A stretch of 62,955 nt of DNA, filler included, from Squatina squatina (Eukaryota), in NCBI GenBank assembly GCA_031763465.1. It is 4 parts of 3 records of this genome, joined end to end, with 100 filler letters (N's around TTAATTAATTAA, not from the genome) between each part and the next. Parts side by side here need not be neighbours in the genome. Positions count along the whole stretch, not along the records: positions 47,659 to 62,955 come from JARFOE010000222.1; 3 more parts are not named here. One strand, given 5' to 3'. Shown here one piece after another: positions 61,644-62,955 of this stretch (position 1 is its first letter; each line of letters begins with the position of its first letter). The notes under the pieces are model-generated. The model searched no databases. It had not been told where the DNA came from and was given only the letters and a program-made list of their open reading frames with translations. The position numbers and the translations under genes were made by a program.

Positions 61644-62955
61644 CTGGAAACAAAGCATAATAATTAATTACTTGCACGCATTAATGAGGTAATATGTTAG
61701 GACACATATAAGTAGTAATTATACACATATATGTAGGGACAGGAGCGAGCGAGGTGGGTAACACAAGGACATTATTCTAAAAAGCAATCATTTAGGGTGG
61801 TTTTAACATTTAATCCTAGCAGGAATTTATTAAGAACTCTTCAAATGTTTGCACCAAGGGGAAAATATAATCACCCATTGGAATGTTCTCCTATTGGATT
61901 TTCACCAGTGTTGTTGAGAAGACAGTGATGTCTCCAAATACCGGTCCCATTATTGGAAGAAGCTGCCTGCAGGGACCGGAGTTTAAATTCAACACAGATT
62001 GATGTAATCAACGGTGCTGGCTATGAGGGACTTATAGAAACTGTTTGGAAGGAAGAGAGATATAAAAAAATTATATAATAGAATGAATGCTTAAAAAGGC
62101 TACAAACATTTCAACTTGCTGGATAGATCATTGGGTGGCAGGACAATTCGAGGTTTCAATTCTCTTTGCTAGCCTCCCATTCTAATCGACCCCTTCAGAA
62201 ACTCCAACTTGTTGGAAACTCAACCACCCATGTCCTGTCCTGTCCTAAACCCAATCATTTATCACCCCCTTAATATACTCATCTTCATAGCCTTTCCCCA
62301 CCCTATCTCTGCAATCACCTCCACCTAACAGCTGTTCTGCATCCTTCANNNNNNNNNNNNNNNNNNNNNNNNNNNNNNNNNNNNNNNNNNNNNNNNNNNN
62401 NNNNNNNNNNNNNNNNNNNNNNNNNNNNNNNNNNNNNNNNNNNNNNNNAATAAATAAATCTACACACCACTGTTGTCTGGTGCTGCACAAGTCGGGCCCC
62501 ATATTGGTTTTTTTAGCTCAAAATAAATTCTATGTTGCAGAGTGCATGCAGTTGATTCCACATTAAAAACTGAAATGAACAGAAATATTAATATCAATCT
62601 TTAACCTCTGGTGTCAGGTGTTAAAAAAAATACAAGATGTGAACTAGTGTCTCACAGAAATGTCCTTGTAAAGATGTTCTTAAATCATGCGAGCTTTAAA
62701 ATTACCTTAAATAATAAGCATTAGCCACCATCCCTGTGATAATTAATACAATGCAGTCATGTTCCTTCAACACTAAGAAACCTAAGGCACATAAACTAAG
62801 CTAAGCAAAGTCATAGCTGGTAGACTTTGTGGGATTACTTCTGAGTCAGAAAAAAAGAAAAACAAGACACAAAGCACGCTTGATGCATCAATGCAGGAAG
62901 CTATTACCACAGTATTACCAGCCGGATGTCATGCAGGAAATTAAACTGGTAGCTT

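Overview
Eukaryotic (vertebrate) genomic DNA, most likely from a cartilaginous fish, judging by the DeuSINE/SacSINE1-like SINEs and the dense CR1/L2/RTE and Harbinger remnants. It is not one continuous locus. Four scaffolds are joined by artificial 44N-TTAATTAATTAA-44N spacers (19988, 34180, 47603), and each scaffold is a chain of short contigs separated mostly by 100-N gaps. Gene calls come from hand translation, splice-site phase and recalled vertebrate orthologues, supported by synteny; no database search was run. Block 1 holds PDGFRL(+), MTUS1(-, including the ATIP4-type transmembrane first exon) and PCM1(+). Block 2 holds the RASA1 start(-) and COX7C(-), whose two introns each carry a SNORD138-like box C/D snoRNA, one intact and one degenerate. 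Block 3 holds KIAA2026/BRD10(+) and ERMP1(+). Block 4 holds HSP90B1(-), TTC41(+), NT5DC3(+), a 2-kb (GTT)n-derived repeat, DUSP6(-) and the POC1B last exon(-). All genes are partial. I find no prokaryotic-type system such as CRISPR or an operon, and no clearly new system. The best leads are the duplicated intronic snoRNA, a tRNA-like head running into a LINE endonuclease frame, the conserved ATIP4 exon, open TTC41 exons and a codon-biased Thr-rich repeat.
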